A stretch of 64,000 nt of DNA from Podarcis cretensis (Eukaryota), in contig OX638150.1 of NCBI GenBank assembly GCA_951804945.1, positions 50,406,001 through 50,470,000 of the forward strand, given 5' to 3'. Of this stretch, positions 61,876 to 64,000 are shown piece by piece (position 1 is the stretch's first letter; every line of letters starts with the position of its first letter). The position numbers and the translations under genes are program-made. The notes under the pieces were generated by a model. That model made no database searches and was not told the origin of the DNA. It worked only from the letters and a program-made list of their open reading frames with translations.

Positions 61876-64000
61876 CTGAAAGACGAAAGAAAAAAGAATT
61901 AATGGAAACAAGGAACCAAACATTCTTCAACCAGTCCCATCTTTTCAAATCTGTGAAATTTAAGCATTGGCTTCCAGCAGTTTGCTGAGAAGCATAGGGG
62001 AGCAAGTCTAATGCTTCTCTCATCTGTGCAGAAATATGTGAAACTGTACAATCCTGGCTATTCGTATTATTATTAATACAGTATCATCAGTGTACACTGC
62101 ACTGTGCAATAAAACTGATGTGAAAGCTAAAGCTCACATCTAGCCAACCTGTGTATAGAAGATTGCTTAGCATTAAAACTGTTAATATTTGGTAAACTGA
62201 AAAACAGCTGTCGTTATCTGAAGAACAGGAAAGCAAGATTCTGAGGAAGATTCTAATGACCCTTGCATCTGACACAGATTTCCCCTCCTGATGATATTTA
62301 TGCTAATGAGCTGAAAGGTCTGCACAGGTGGTCACGTACTAGTAGACTATATCCAACAATAAGCACAGCTTCTTAGCATTTATGGATCGATAGGAAAAGC
62401 AGATAAAGCTGAGTAGCCTTTTTAGTAGGGAGCCAGCAAAAACCTTAATGTATCAAACTAACTTTTAAGTGGGAAGAAAGTAACGCTTCTCTTTATTACC
62501 TTTTTACCAATTTTTACAATAATTTCTAGCTATTTCATTTAAAACACAAGGAATACTATGCCATCTTGAAATATCTTAAAATAGCTTTTTCTAATATCTA
62601 TAAATTATAGATTATCTTAACTTGTTCAAATGCACATACATATTCTAACAGAATGTTGAACATTTTTATGGAACATTTATTTTTGCTTATTGCCAAAACC
62701 GTTTCTCAATCATTCTTCCAATCCTCATTGGTGAATTTCCCCTTTATAAGAATAGTTAATTTTGTCCAATAGTTAATTTTTTCCCACGTCTGAAGAGACC
62801 CCTACTGGAGAGTGCTGGATAAAGCTGGCTGCTGTGCTAGCAGGAAATGGGCATTTTGCAGAGAATATTTATGCAGGATATAGTGTGTTTTCTCTCTGCA
62901 TCAAGAGAGGAAAGGAACATGATTAGATATAGAAAGAGAAATGAAAGGACTGCAAATTCCCCTGGCAATTAACGCATTGAATCAGAAGTAGCAAAATGAT
63001 ATGGGAATATTTCCAGATGATATTCAATTAACCACAATGAAGGAGACAGTTCAGCCAGGCAGTTCTGCTGCACAGGTTTATCAATTTCTATCATTTGCAG
63101 CTGACAGTATCACTTTTGGTTAAACAAACTATTAAGCAATAGTTAATTCTATGAAAGGAACATCTTGAAATTTGAAGCTTCTTGCTGCTTAAATTTCAAA
63201 ATTTGTATGTCTCCATTCATTCACAATTCTATCCTTATTCACAAACCTACAACATGCACACTCGCACACATCAAGAACAGACTTCCAGCCACAGAATCTG
63301 GTCTCCTCCTCACCCCTGCCTTGCAACACCCCCTGCCATGCACACTAGGAATGTCAAAAGATTTCATTGCAGACTACCATAAATGCCACACCCCCCCCAC
63401 ACACAGAGAGAGAGGCAGGCCCCAATCTGTTCCACTGAACCAGTCCATAGAATGGACCACAGATCTGTGAACTAAACCTTTCTGACAGCTGGTTAGACCA
63501 TGGTACTTATGAGATGATCTGAAGGCTTACTCTATTTTTCTTCTTCCAATTTTAACACTGCAAATCTGCTTGGGGCAGCATCTATGTGTGTCATTTGCTG
63601 CATAACTGTGCATACTTTAAGACATCCACATTCAGAACCAGGATGGAAAGGACTGCAATAGGATTTCTCCATCCCTATCATACACTCTTTAAATCTGCTC
63701 CAGAGGGTTAGGGGATAAGAGGAAAGTGTTGATGCACAAGCAGAAGTCAACTCTTGCAGCACTGAATATAGCCCCAGGCTGCACTAGGTTTACACAAGCT
63801 AATTGGAGCACCAAGGAGCTCCCTATATTTCTATCTGGAATGGTTTAATAAATTTCCTGCAAATACCTGGGAAAAATTAAAAATTAATGTCCACATTAAA
63901 AAATCATGTTCAGACAAGTTATTGAATCATACTGCTGCTATTACTAATTGCTCTCTATTGATTTTTTAAAAGAAAGTTGATAAGCTGTTGTTTTAAGAAT

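Overview
Vertebrate genomic DNA, not prokaryotic. The Sauria/Squam-type SINEs, hAT and Tc1/mariner MITEs and L1/L2/RTE/Penelope content point to a squamate, probably a lacertid lizard (inference). Most of the window is the 3' half of the serotonin receptor 4 gene HTR4 on the minus strand. It has a 154-nt exon (61722-61875), the 569-nt common exon (58324-58892), a 76-nt alternative cassette exon encoding the (g)/(f)-type ...NRPVPV tail (32072-32147), and the terminal (a)-type exon ending ...ESCF (coding 4065-4152). The introns hold many transposable elements. The largest are a 5'-truncated L1 with an almost complete open ORF2 (33660-37586) and a complete 2.2-kb TSD-flanked non-autonomous 'half-L1'-like element with one ORF1-like frame and no RT (28412-30576). 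The most notable observations are: (1) the half-L1-like element and the 3'UTR motif it shares with the neighbouring L1; (2) an ENE-like U-rich internal loop in an LTR/DIRS-like repeat; (3) a Penelope-type hammerhead ribozyme on the HTR4 sense strand, caged in an 87-bp hairpin; (4) a shifted internal splice acceptor predicting an in-frame 18-aa-insert HTR4 isoform; (5) two recent tandem duplications. All family assignments come from motif recognition by eye; no database searches were run.
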